From Moniliella sp. 'wahieum' (lineage: Eukaryota): DNA of 64,000 bases. The DNA lies in NCBI GenBank assembly GCA_003971905.1, contig RSEE01000073.1, positions 248,001-312,000 on the forward strand, read 5' to 3'. The notes under the pieces are model-generated. The model saw only the letters and a program-made list of their open reading frames with translations, made no database searches and was not told the origin of the DNA. Both the position numbers and the translations under genes were made by a program. The first letter of the stretch is position 1. Each line of letters opens with the position of its first letter. Below are positions 49,980 to 61,407 of this stretch, piece after piece.

Positions 49980-51794
49980 ACGCTAGCGATAGCGGCAGCT
50001 ATCCGCTACGAGATCGTAACTAATGTGCGTATCTTCATTTGGTTCCTTTCCTCTTCACGATACGTTCTGAACGCTTCTACCCGAACCCACTTGCAGGTGT
50101 GGAGCCGCACCACTGGGTACGTAAGGCCCGCGGGCCCACGTTGGGTGTCGCCAGTGTCGCCTCATTTCGTAAGAAGGTTGTCAACATGACTGGGAGACTA
50201 TGACCGCAACCTCAAAACGGCGTGGAGGGCAGGATCCTTCCGATGCGCATTCCCATCCTCCTTCATCTCTGTCTCGATTTGCTGAATATACAACCAGGTG
50301 GAGAAGCTGTCTAACGGACTTTGAAACCAGTGGGACATTTCACTGGATGTCATCCTGAGACTGCGATGCAACTGTACCTGCTGGGCCTCGTTGCAGCGCC
50401 TGTGATACTAACCCTTCGAACACATGTGGTGACCGGCCCGCCGATATGCAATACCAATCTATCCAAATACCAGATCTCCTTTTTTGTGGTTTAATTATAG
50501 GATTAGCCATTATTATTGGATAGTCCCCCCCATTGGCAAGGAACGTGTACGCAACAGGAGCAGTCATAGTCCTCGATGTCGACAGTGTCATCGGGGAGAC
50601 ATTGATGTCGGGGTACCCGGGGACATCTATGCCATCATTGGAGACCTATTACCCCTATGGTATCACCCACGTCAATGACTCCCCCGACGTCTAAGCCCCC
50701 CCCGACGTCAATGACACCCCCGACGTCTAAGCCCCCTCCGACGTCTAAGGAACTCACGACGTCAATGACACCCCCGACGTCAATGACATCCCCGACGTCT
50801 AAGCCACCCACGACGTCTAAGGCATCATTGGTAGTGCTGTCATCGCCGACATATTTGACGTGAACGCTATCATTGATAGCGCGTAACCCTTTGATGTTTT
50901 CCCCGTCCCTGATGCCTTTGATACATCGAGCGAGTCTGATATCCATGTCGCCAGTGACATCCATTTCGTATCTGACATCATGGACACCACTACCGTCCCC
51001 GTCATCGAGAACAGCTGCGTTATTTACTTGATTTCTATGAAACCAAAGTTCTCGTCCTATAATCATGATAGTCATAGATATCCACGACATCAATGGACGT
51101 CAGAAAGGGGTCCGTAGTGTACACTTAGGTCTTTTCTTAATGCCACCAAAAGTGGCGAGGAGCAATACGACACGTCCGGGAGGAAGTCAAGGGGTTACGG
51201 ACTACAAAGTGATGGGGCCTGGAGCATTCGGAGGATCAGGAATCGAGGTGGTTCACACTTTGCGCAACTCCGTCGGGCACAAGAGGGGATACGGCGTTTG
51301 CGTGCGGGCGAAGGTGATGAACGAGGGGACCGCCGAACGCCTTTTTTTGGAACGGGCCGGGGGAAAATTCGATTGCTGTCATGGAGCAAGCGGAAGGAAT
51401 ACGACGAAAGAATGCTACCTGTACCTCTTTGTATTATGGTGCGCCCAAAACCTTCTCTTCTTCCCCTGGGTCATGACGATTCAAGAATAATATGCCACCA
51501 AGATGCCGAGCAAGATGTTTGGGCACTGGAAGGAATTAACTGATGAGTCTCACTGGAGATGCGGTTCGCCGCTGTACCACGTTCATTCGGATCCACGCGT
51601 GCTACATCCAACAGCATATAGTTTTTGGAAGCGAATGGTGGGGACGCCTTAGGGCCCTAATCCGTTGGAGACTCTATTGGTTTCCTATTGGGTTTGGCGC
51701 CAAGAAGCAGCACACGCTGGAGGAACTGGCCAGTCAGGCGCAGGGTTTCTTTTTCCCAACCGTAACATCTGTAAATGACATGAAAAGAATGTAA
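49980..51794 (+). pseudogene. Degenerate relic B of the same unidentified family, with an internal inversion at 50494-51063
   Basis: Flanks match relic A on the + strand, the middle matches on the - strand; intron-like GTGCGT...TTGCAG near 50025-50096. Confidence 0.5.
50666..50822. repeat. 18-bp minisatellite, nine units each containing (G/C)ACGTC
   Basis: Units at 50668, 50686 ... 50812; minus strand reads as (L/I)DVGG(G/V) hexapeptides. Confidence 0.9.
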
Positions 51795-52190
51795 TACTAC
51801 TGCCAAAGGAATTGATAGGTATATACAAGGGCGAGAGCTCGTCCCACCCTACTGTTCCACCTCGCCCGCGGGACCGGCCCGCCCCATATGCATGTGACAG
51901 AGACCCCGATGACCGTATTCAATGACCAATCACGATGGATGGGTGGTCGTGAACACAGGCGTTACTTCCTCAACTGCTCTCGCCCGGGCGCTATGTTGAG
52001 ACTCTTTTATACTCTCCAATGCGAAATTGCTGCATTTGCTGGCTTGCATTTACCCCGCGTCAGAAGAGTTTTGCCGCTGGGACGGAACGGGGCGGAATGA
52101 GGCGGCAGCAGCCACGCAGAGCGCGTGCGGGGCAATCCCGCCTCCCCCACATTCGCCGGTCAGCCATTTACCGGTTACCCCACGACCGCC

Positions 52191-53915
52191 ATGCGACTCA
52201 CGACGGCCGTGCTGCTGGGCCTTCTTCTGCGGGTGGGGGTGTATGCGTTTGGATGGGTGCAGGACCACAAGCTACGCGCTCCTGTCCGCTTTGAGGATAT
52301 CGACTACTCTGTCTTTTCGGATGGAGCACATTCGTTGGCACGTGGATGCCCGCTCGCTGCCGCATTGGACGTGGACGCAGTGGATGCTTGGCATGACAGG
52401 AGCGTATACGCCCCGCTTGCATGCGCTCTGGGGCCTGCGGCCATTTTATCCAGGCTTGTGCTCCAACGCGATCCCTCCCTCTTGCCCGGCGACGACTTGG
52501 CTCTCACCAAGGACAAAGGTGGCCTTCTCTTCCGCCTGGTCTGGGCCAGCTACAACCTTTTGCGCCCTTTCTTTCGACTGATCGCTGGCCTTGGCGACCC
52601 CTTTTCGCGTGAAACGTATCGGTACACACCGCTCCTTGCACTGGCTGTTGCCCTGGCCCAATCGGTAGGGCGTGAGGGGGGCAAAGTGCTATTCCTTTTG
52701 GCCGACTTGGGTGTTGGGATTCTGCTCTGGCACCTCATTTCTTCGTGCCACTTTTCTTCCACCTGACCTACGGGACAAGCAGTTGAAAAAGGGCCATCAA
52801 CTTGTCTTTTGGGTCTGGCTTGCCAACCCTCTCCCCGCCCAAATTGCCGCGCGCGGATCGGCGGAAAGCGTGATCGCACTTGTGGTGCTCGGGTTCGTGT
52901 ACACATTCCTCCTTTCCAACCCGGAAACTCCTCCCGGGAGCGATGCAATCCAAGATGCATATGCGAATGCGGTTGTTGAGACGGAAGATGTGCCAGACGG
53001 GAGCGACGAAACGTCCAAGGACCCACTCCCCCAATCGCCTCAGGAGGGCGCGACACCAGACCCGGAACCAGTTGATTTGGACGAGGCCGGCATCGAAGAT
53101 TATCTTGCCCCCGAAGCTGCACAACCAATATGGGGCTGGTCGGTTTCCGCCTTGCTGTCACCTATTCTCCTTGCAGGCGCGGTGCACCTCAAGATTTACC
53201 CGGCAGTGTACGCTGCGCCGGTGGCCGTGCATCTTTACCGCTCAGCCCGGCGGCATGGCACGAGTGGTATTCTCGCTGTCGTGCGCTGGGGATGGCTTTG
53301 TGCCGCGGCTTTCCTTGTCATTACGGGTGCCGTCTGGGCAGTGTGGGGGGAGCCCTACCTGCGACACAGCTGGCTGTACCACCTCACTCGCGTGGACCAT
53401 CGCCACAATTTTTCCCCCTACTTTTTGCCCATCTACTTATCCTCCGTCCTCTCGTCCCCGCTTTCCTCCCTTCCCGGCTCACTCAACCCCCTTCTATCGT
53501 TTGCCCCCCAGCTCGCTGCTGTGGGGGTCTCTGCTCTCTTGGCCGGGTGGGATGTCCCACTCGCATTGCTCGTCGGCACGCATGCATTTGTGCACCTAAA
53601 CAAGGTGATTACCTCGCAATACTTTCTGTGGTACCTGCTTTTATTGCCTCTGGTGCTTCCGCGCACCCGCTGGACCGTTGTACGCGCCAGCCTAGCCTTG
53701 GGCACCTGGATCGGCAGCCAAGCTCTTTGGCTTGCCTCGGCGCACCAGCTTGAAACCACGGCCAGGACACTTTCCTCCTCACCTGGGCGTTGGGGGTGGG
53801 AATGATGCTGTGCAATGCGCTGGTAAGTAAGTGGGTGCTGGAGGCCTGGCGTTCCTGGCAACAGGACTATTTGGCCCAATTGGCTCGCGAGGTCAAAGCT
53901 GGCAACACTACTTAA
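52191..53915 (+). CDS. GPI14: GPI mannosyltransferase 1 (PIG-M), frameshifted
   Basis: DIDYSVFSDGA, RETYRYTPLLA, RGSAES, HLKIYP, LYHLTRVDHRHNFSPYF, NKVITSQYFLWY. Confidence 0.95.
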
Positions 53916-54128
53916 TGCACTGTTATTGTGGTTCGCAGTCGTCAAAACATCCTTCCTTCATTAGCCACTGACGTAGCAACTAGCAACACCACGCCACAGG
54001 GAGATGGGAATGGAGCGGGTCGAGACGCAGTCAAACTATGGTGAGACGGCGACTGATGAGCATTGAACAAAGAGCAGGGGCCACGGTCGGGAGGGAGGGA
54101 AGCGCAGGCGGAATCCGCAGGGCGCGAT

Positions 54129-54535
54129 TTACAGCTTGGAGCCCTCCTTGACTAGAGAGACAGGGGGAACAAGTCAGTTCTGTGACCAAGCAGTCAGATG
54201 GGAACGTACGCTGGCCAATCTTGACTTGGCGGCCTGGCGCTGAAAGATCTTTTCCGAATGGTAGCTCCAGAACACCTCGCTGACATCCTTCGAGGCGTTC
54301 TTGACAAGGATGTTGCGTCCGCCCGGGTGCTGTAATAGGGCAAGCAGGGGGGAGGGTTATCAGTGTCGGCGTTGAGAAGCAGTCCTGTCCTGACGAGGGA
54401 GGAGAGGGGCGGGGAAGGCGGAGACATACGTCGTCGAGGAAAGAGGTAACGTCGAACACTGGCCGTCAATCACGATCCACACCGAGTCGGCAGTGTTGTG
54501 CTCTTGACTTCGGCGGCATCAAAAACGTTGGACAT
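54129..54535 (-). CDS. Small soluble cytochrome b5-like protein ending in SKL
   Basis: HNTADSVWIVIDG, FDVTSFLDD, HPGG, YHS across two introns; last exon KEGSKL*. Confidence 0.82.
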
Positions 54536-57220
54536 GGTGCTGAAGAGAGTGCGGCGATGGGGGTGGTGGGGGTGGGGGTGGAGGTGCGGGGCTGAGCGGT
54601 GGCGGTAGAAGCGGTCGGCCAGTGTCGGCCATCCCCCTCTGCCGGGTCAGATTGTGGACCATAGCCGAGGAATGATAGTGGATAGCCCCGCATCGGTGCA
54701 ATGCAGGCCGGTAGGCATGTGCATGGTGGATGATGCATGATGCATGATGCAGTACCAGGCCCCAGGCCAGCCTCTCGTGTGTATCGTCGGGGTCGCATGG
54801 TCCCTTGCAACTCACAGCTCCCATGCCTATTTTGCTAGCTAGTTGCTAGTCAGGGGAAAAGTCACCGGTCAGACTAGTTCCGGTACCGGTGATTATTACT
54901 ATGATAAGTAGCGGCGACAAAGCGAACGCGTGGAGACCGGTGATCTCACCGGTGCCTCCTGGAGCTCGGATGTTTCCTTGTTTGATGCGAGCGACCGATC
55001 GAGTTCGTAGCTGACGGAGGTCTGTGTGTGAGCTTTGAGTCCCTCCTGCTGATTTGATTCTACTTCCAATATTTGGTCTTTGACGGCCTTGAGCGCAAGC
55101 GAGAGCTCCATGTTGAGCTGCCGGACCTGGACGTCTCGTTTCCTGATCCAGGCGTCTCGTTTTCATTGGCCAGATTCTCCCCTCAAAGTGCCTTTTACGT
55201 TCTTGCTGAGGCGGAGAACCTGCCCATTACTTTGGGCCTTTTTCGTGTTGCGGCTATCTTCGAATTTTCCTGCATGGACCATTCGCTTGTATTCCTCCTC
55301 TTTCTACATCGTATGTTGCTTCCTTCAATTCCTGTCTGTATAGCCTTCTCGGTTCTTCCCCTAGCGGGTCTTTCTGTGACAACATCTCGTTACGGATCCA
55401 TCCTTGACCACCAGACAACCACCCGCATTGCTCCCTAGCTCACTAGCAGTCTCACTCACCGACCTGCTGCAGCTAACCGCCTTCGGGTCTACGGGAACCC
55501 CCTCTGCCCGCATCCTTTGTCGTCGACCTCCCTTCAGCTTTCATTCTCTCCCTGTACGGATCCGCTGCGATCCTACAAGTGGAGTTGTTCTTTCAGACAG
55601 GACCTGTCTATCCCGTCAACCTTGCGGCCAGCCCTTCAGGGCTACGGATTCCAGAGTGTCTTAACGAACACATCAGTTTACCGAACTCGCAGGACCTCGT
55701 GATCGGGATGAATGTCTTGGGTAAAGTCATTTGTTACCGCCTTGGGGTATACCTGGTCTAGAAGTACTGTAGTACTCTTTTCAACCCTGTGGTTTTGATA
55801 CCTCCCCCCTTCTTTGTTGGGACTGCCGTCGTTGGGGAAGCATTTTTGGGCTGCCAAAACCCATAGCAGAGGCGGAGGAGATCATCTACAACTTACGACC
55901 ATCCATCCACTTCGACCGTCCACCCTTCGACACCACCGCTACAATTGTCCCTGCCGTCTACGATCACAGTATTGACCTACCCCCACGTACAGAGAATGCT
56001 CTATACTACAACATGGCCCACGAAGCATGCCATGCCTCACTGAACTACACCGGATCCGTCGTTCATATATACTACCTGGTTCCTTTCCTGACTGTGTCGA
56101 GCTTGTGAGACCTGCTTCAACGTTGGCTTGATCTGCTTCATTGATGAACGTCTTCCGCAGGAGCCCAGCAGAGATTCGGAGTCGCAAAAAAAGAGGTCCA
56201 AAAGGGTCATTCTGCACCTCTCTGTTTGTATCTACTCCGCCTTGGTCTCCACTGCGCTAGGATCGGTGATTGTAGCTATCATTCGCTCTTGCCTGCTCTC
56301 GCCCAGGCTCTTAGTAAAACTCGATACGAAGGCCAAGTTTCTGTAGGGGATGTATCTGCAACTGTGTCTGAGAAACGAAGGGAGCTCTGGCAATTCCTCC
56401 ATTACATTCTCTTACACTTCACAGCCGTCTTTGAAACTCTTTGAGAGCAGACAAACACTGTCTGTGTCGTTCCAAACGCTGGTATTCTCTCCGCAGGCTG
56501 GCTCGCGTTAGAAGACCACTGAACCATTCAACAGTAAGGAACACATGATGCTGGGCGACTGGGTAAACTGATGTCTTTTGGGATTGGGTTCTTTTTCCCA
56601 TTCTTAATAAGCAAAAACAATGCAGACGGTATACGCAGCGTGACTGCCTCAGATTCAAGAGGGAACTGGCGTCTCATAGAAGGAGGTGTGGTTTCAACGC
56701 ATCCAGCGTTAGGACGCATACCAACAGACTTTTGGTTGCTACTGCCGTTGAGCACACAAAAGCGTCCAACGCCAGATCTCAGAAGAGTCCTTCCTCATTA
56801 ATCATTGCGCTCACCGCACCAGTTACATCCTCACTGCGTACTGAGTGGCGGGCGAGCCGCGTGCCCCTCGGTTGCGGCCGCCGTCGGTGCGCGCACTGGC
56901 CCCGTGCCGTGCCGCAGGAGGCGCGCTGGTGTGGTCCGTGCCCCGCGGCCAGGGGCGGTGTGTTAGGTAATGCGGCTGCGGCCGGCCGCCTGGGTTGGAT
57001 GCGTTGGCGCTGCTTCGGAGGCGCGTGGCTCACCACTGCTCCCGTGCCCCACCTCGCAGTTCCAGCATCACCCATCCTGCTGCCCGCCTCATCCATCCTG
57101 CGTGGCCGCCATCGTCGCCGCCGGTGCTGTGTTGCGTGTTCCAACCTGCCTTCCTCAGCACCACCACCCCCCCCCTCCTCTTCCCGCCTCTCCTCCGATC
57201 CCACCCCCCTCTCTCCAGCC

Positions 57221-57815
57221 ATGGTGTGTGCACTCGCCTTGCCCCTGTTCCCTGTGCCCTGCTGACCAGCCCCCCTCCCCCTCCCCCTTTGCCCTTGCCC
57301 TCGCCCTCGCCCAGTCGTCCGGTGTCAAGGTGAACCCCGAGTGCCTCGAGGCCTTCCAAACGCTCAAGCTCGGCAAGAAGCTCAAGTACATTGTGTACAA
57401 GTTGTCGGACGACAACACGGAGATTGTCCTGGCCAAGACGTCTGAGTCCCCCGACTACGATGCGTTCCTTGCCGAGCTGCCGGCGCAGGACTGCCGGTAC
57501 GCTGTGTACGACCTCGAGTTTGAAAAGAGCGGCGAGGCAAGCGCAACAAGCTCTGCTTCTTCTCTTGGTCCCCGGACGAGTCGAAGATCAAGCAGAAAAT
57601 GGTCTACGCTTCCTCCAAAGACGCCATCCGCAAGTCGCTTGTCGGCATCTCTACCGAAATCCAGGGTACCGACTTCTCTGAGGTCTCTTACGACACTGGT
57701 CCGTCCCTTTCCCCCCCTTATCCGCTTCTCCTCCACGCCCGCCGGTCATACTAATCGTCCTTTTTTCCCTTTCCTTTTCCCCACAGTTCTTGACAAGGCT
57801 TCCCGCGGGTACTAA
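57221..57815 (+). CDS. COF1: Cofilin / actin depolymerising factor
   Basis: ATG, intron 57224-57314, [45 protein letters not shown]; second intron 57699-57786. Confidence 0.96.
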
Positions 57816-58743
57816 GCTCGATCCCACATTGGGACAGGTTCCGTGCCAGTGGCTTGGACTATGGCTTTCCTTTTTTCTTGAGACTTGCTGTGCACGTGTG
57901 CCATAACAATCCTACTCATTCCATGACATCCTCCTGTCACGCCGCCCCATCCTATGCCACTCACGATGCATTGCGGTGTTTGGCAAGTTGACAAAGATGC
58001 AAAGCGCATCTGTTGCGCTTTTGCTCGATGCAGCGTAGGCTAGGCAGGCTAGCAATTCAGTAGACCCGCTCTGATGCTGGCAAGGAGAAATCACTCCCAC
58101 AGCGAACGAGGAGGATCCCCCATCAGGTGCGAGCGGGGACAAAGGAAATAGGAAATTGTGCTTGGGCGCAAGGGAAGGTAGTGTGCAGGAGAGGTGCCGA
58201 GAACCCCTCTCTGCCTCGTTCTCAGGGTTAGAGTTGCGGCTTGGCACTTGGAGCGTAGCAGCCGAAACGGTGCTGCTGCTGCTGAACGAACTGGGGGAGG
58301 AGAATACGTTCACCCTTTGCTGCGAGAGGAAGGACAGAAAGAAAAAACAATGATGTCAGCCCGTCCCTCGGAAGAGGCGGTGCCACCGACACCCAATCTC
58401 CCATTCGTACCTACGAAGTCTTCCTCAGTCCCACCCCCCGTGGTGACTCGGCCTCTTTGTCTCTCAGCGCAGGTTGCTACTCGAGCCCCACACCCGTGTC
58501 GCCTTTGCTTAGGTAGTTCTCATCCCGCGCGAGTCCCTGTTTCCTCTATTCGACATGCTTGGCCCTAGTCCGAGAGGGTTAGCCGGGCTTGGGACCAAGG
58601 CCAGAAGGAGTACTGGATTCTTCACCACGGCGCTGTTGGCGCTGGCAGTACACTTTGAGATCTGGGGTGGGCTATCTCTCGAGAGCTATGTGGAAGAGTA
58701 ACACATACAGCCCTTGGAGATGTATGCCCCAGTGTTCTGCCAT

Positions 58744-58842
58744 GGGCTCATGGTGTAGTGGTATCATGCCTCTTTCGGGACGTTCCCGAGCTGGATTCAG
58801 TTCGAATAGAGGTGGTCGTGGGTTCAATTCCCGCTGAGCCCC
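58744..58842 (+). tRNA. tRNA-Pro(CGG) with 27-nt intron (58780-58806)
   Basis: Acceptor GGGCTCA/TGAGCCC, anticodon stem CCTCT/AGAGG with TT-CGG-G, T arm GTGGG-TTCAATT-CCCGC, T-run terminator. Confidence 0.92.
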
Positions 58843-59236
58843 ATTTTTTTATTGAATCGACCTTAGGGGTGCGCTGGACGCACTACGGTGCTGCCAGGCG
58901 AGAGCCCGCCACGTTCTATCTCCACTCTGGTCGCCAGTGCTCTCCCTCCCTAACCACTAAGCAGGCCTTTCCACGCGATCATACTAATGAGGTTGGAGAA
59001 CCACTAGACTCACTCGAGAGCCACGCCATGCATGCGTCCGTTCGCTTGTGTCGTCAACCAGACGAAGGCACATTACATCCACTTTGCAGGTTGGCCGCCC
59101 GCTTCTCCTATCCTCCCTGGGTCTGGGTCGGACGGTCACAGCGTACCAGCACAGAGCCACCCGCACTCCTCTCCAGCGGTCACTCCCCCACCACCTCGCC
59201 CAGATCCTCGTCCGCCCCCCCATCCCTGGGCCCGTA

Positions 59237-61197
59237 TCAACAGCCCGCTGCGTGGACGATGGGGGGGCGCGGGGCCGCTGCGGTCCTAGGCCCTCGGGCC
59301 GTCTCCCTCGCTGTTGGGCGACAGTAGGGGACGGAAGATTGTCGAGCCCGGCCAGGGCCGGGTGAGGATGGGTGTGTTTCGGCCCGCTTGCGGCCCTTGT
59401 TGCGCTCTGCCTTTGCTCGCCCCTCGACGCCCCTGGCCTCTTGGTCTTGGTCTTGGTCTTGGTCTGGGTCTTGGTCTGGGTCTTGCTGTCGCCCCTTCTG
59501 CTTTTGCCTTGTCTGACGCGTGTACAGTGCCAGCACGCCGCCCCTGGCTGCGACCGAGGGAGCACGTGCAAGCGGGCGCCAGCTCCGCGTAGCGAACCGC
59601 GTTGCGCTGGCTGTAACTTCGAGCGTGCGCCACGGACCGTCGGGGACACTTTGGCTGCTCACTACCCATCCTCGCCCACGCGCGTCGTCCGGACGCGATA
59701 CTAGCCCGACCAACTTGTACGTCTCGCCACCCCCCACTCGCATCTCTGCCCGTCCCTCCAGCTGAAGCGGCGCCTTGCTCTCCACCCATACCGCCAGCGC
59801 AGGCGCGTTGTCCGTCGGGCGGCGCGCAGCACACAGGTGCGGCGTCCGGATGGCTGTGCCAACAAACGAAAAGGGAAACAAAGAGGAATCAGTCAGCCCG
59901 CCAGTGAGTCAGTCAGTCAGTCAGTCAGGCAGTCGGGATTCCCCTGGCTCCTAGGGGCAGCTAGGAGAGAAGCTGGCTAGCAACGGACCATGGCAACGTA
60001 CCGCTCACACTTGGGTTGTTCTTCTTGCTCGGACACACCGGTACCCGCTGGCTCGTCCCGGCCCTTCCCGGTCCAGTACGCGTCCAACGCCTCTTGGATC
60101 GAGCGCGTAGGCCTAGGCGGCGGGTTAGCGACGAGGTGCGCATGCGCCTGGAGCGCGGCGCGCTTGCGTTTTCGCCGCTCCTTGGCCGATCCCGTGGTTG
60201 CGTCGGCGGCGAAACGTGGACCAGGCTCGGTCGGTGCTTCGCCCTGGACCAGACTGGGCAGCGCAAGTACTCCACCGGGCAGGACCTCAGCCTGCGAGGC
60301 AGACAGGAAGAGGAGCAGCGGGAGCAGTGCACTTGGCGCTCCACCTGCCATGCTAGTAGCCTCCCCATTTCTCGTCCTGGCCCCTCCTGCAGCGCGGAGA
60401 GAAGCGAGGCGGCGATCCCGCCTGGAGAATAAGGAGGATATGGCAGGGCGAGCGAGCTGTCCTGTTCTGCGTCCGTGGCGCCCTGATGGCCCGACGCCGA
60501 CCAGGTCGGCACGTCCACCAATACGGGCGGTAGGGTGGAGATGGGCGCGGACGCTGGGGCAGCAATAAGAGAAACAAGCGCAGCAAGCACTTGCTGCGGC
60601 ACGGTGTTGGAGCTGCGCGGGGGTGGGCTGGCGCGCTGGACGACAGCAGGCTGCCGCGCGCCGAGGGGGGCAGGAAGGTGGTGCGGCGAGGACCGTCACT
60701 GAGGATCGCGCCGAGGGCGGCGTGGCCAACAAGGCTTCCAATACAGCCACCAGCGCCAATGCCTCGTCCGACTCGGGGTCCAGGTCTGAACTGTGCGAAG
60801 GCGGGGGCACGATCGGCTTGGCTCCACCTCGCTTCGGCCGCGGGGAGGCCGAGCGTGGCCCAGGGCAGCACGGGCGGCACCCACTGGGCATCTTGGCCGC
60901 AGCCGCGCCACACGCTCCGCCTCGGCCACAGCCAACGCGTCGGCCTCTTTCGTGCGCGGATCGAGGAGGCCGCCGGCGGCGGAGGCGTGTCGTGGCCGCG
61001 CTGCTGCTCGCGGGGCGGGTTGACGACAATGACGTTGGCCACGCCTGGAGGCCCGCGAGCGCGGCGGCACTCTCGGCGCCGCCGGCCAAGGAGGCGGTGG
61101 GCGCGAAGCGGACGGGGTGGCGAGCAGGTCGGCGAGGGCGGCCTCGGAGCGGAGTGTGTGGAGCGCGGCCGTGGCCTGGGCTGGGGGGTGCGGCCAT
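59237..61197 (-). CDS. Divergent USP (peptidase C19)-like protein, apparently catalytically inactive
   Basis: In USP order: VAVLEALLATPP, QVHCSRC, SIQEALDAYW, YKLVGLVS, DGPW, VLALYTR; intron at about 59988-59854; frameshifts. Confidence 0.55.
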
Positions 61198-61265
61198 GGT
61201 TGGGGGGGGGGGGGGGGGCGGGGAGTGGTGCGCAAAGGAGAAAAAAAAAGAGGGAGAGCAGGGGG

Positions 61266-61309
61266 CACGTGACGCAGCACGTGACGCAGCACGTGATGCA
61301 TGCACGTGA
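61266..61309. promoter_or_regulatory. Four tandem CACGTGA E-boxes in a short divergent promoter
   Basis: CACGTGA at 61266, 61278, 61290 and 61303, between ATGs at 61197 (-) and 61408 (+). Confidence 0.6.
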
Positions 61310-61407
61310 TATTTGAAGCCGGAACTCGGGCGGAGGGGCGCGTGGGGGCGACGCGTGGGGGCGTGGGTGGTGGACGCGGATGGGCTGCCTGCTGCCTCCC
61401 ACCCGCC

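Noticed and set aside
54846..56760. Possible decayed coiled-coil or gag-like ORF on the minus strand
   Set aside because: Many stops and no recognisable gag, protease, RT or integrase motif; cannot be assigned.
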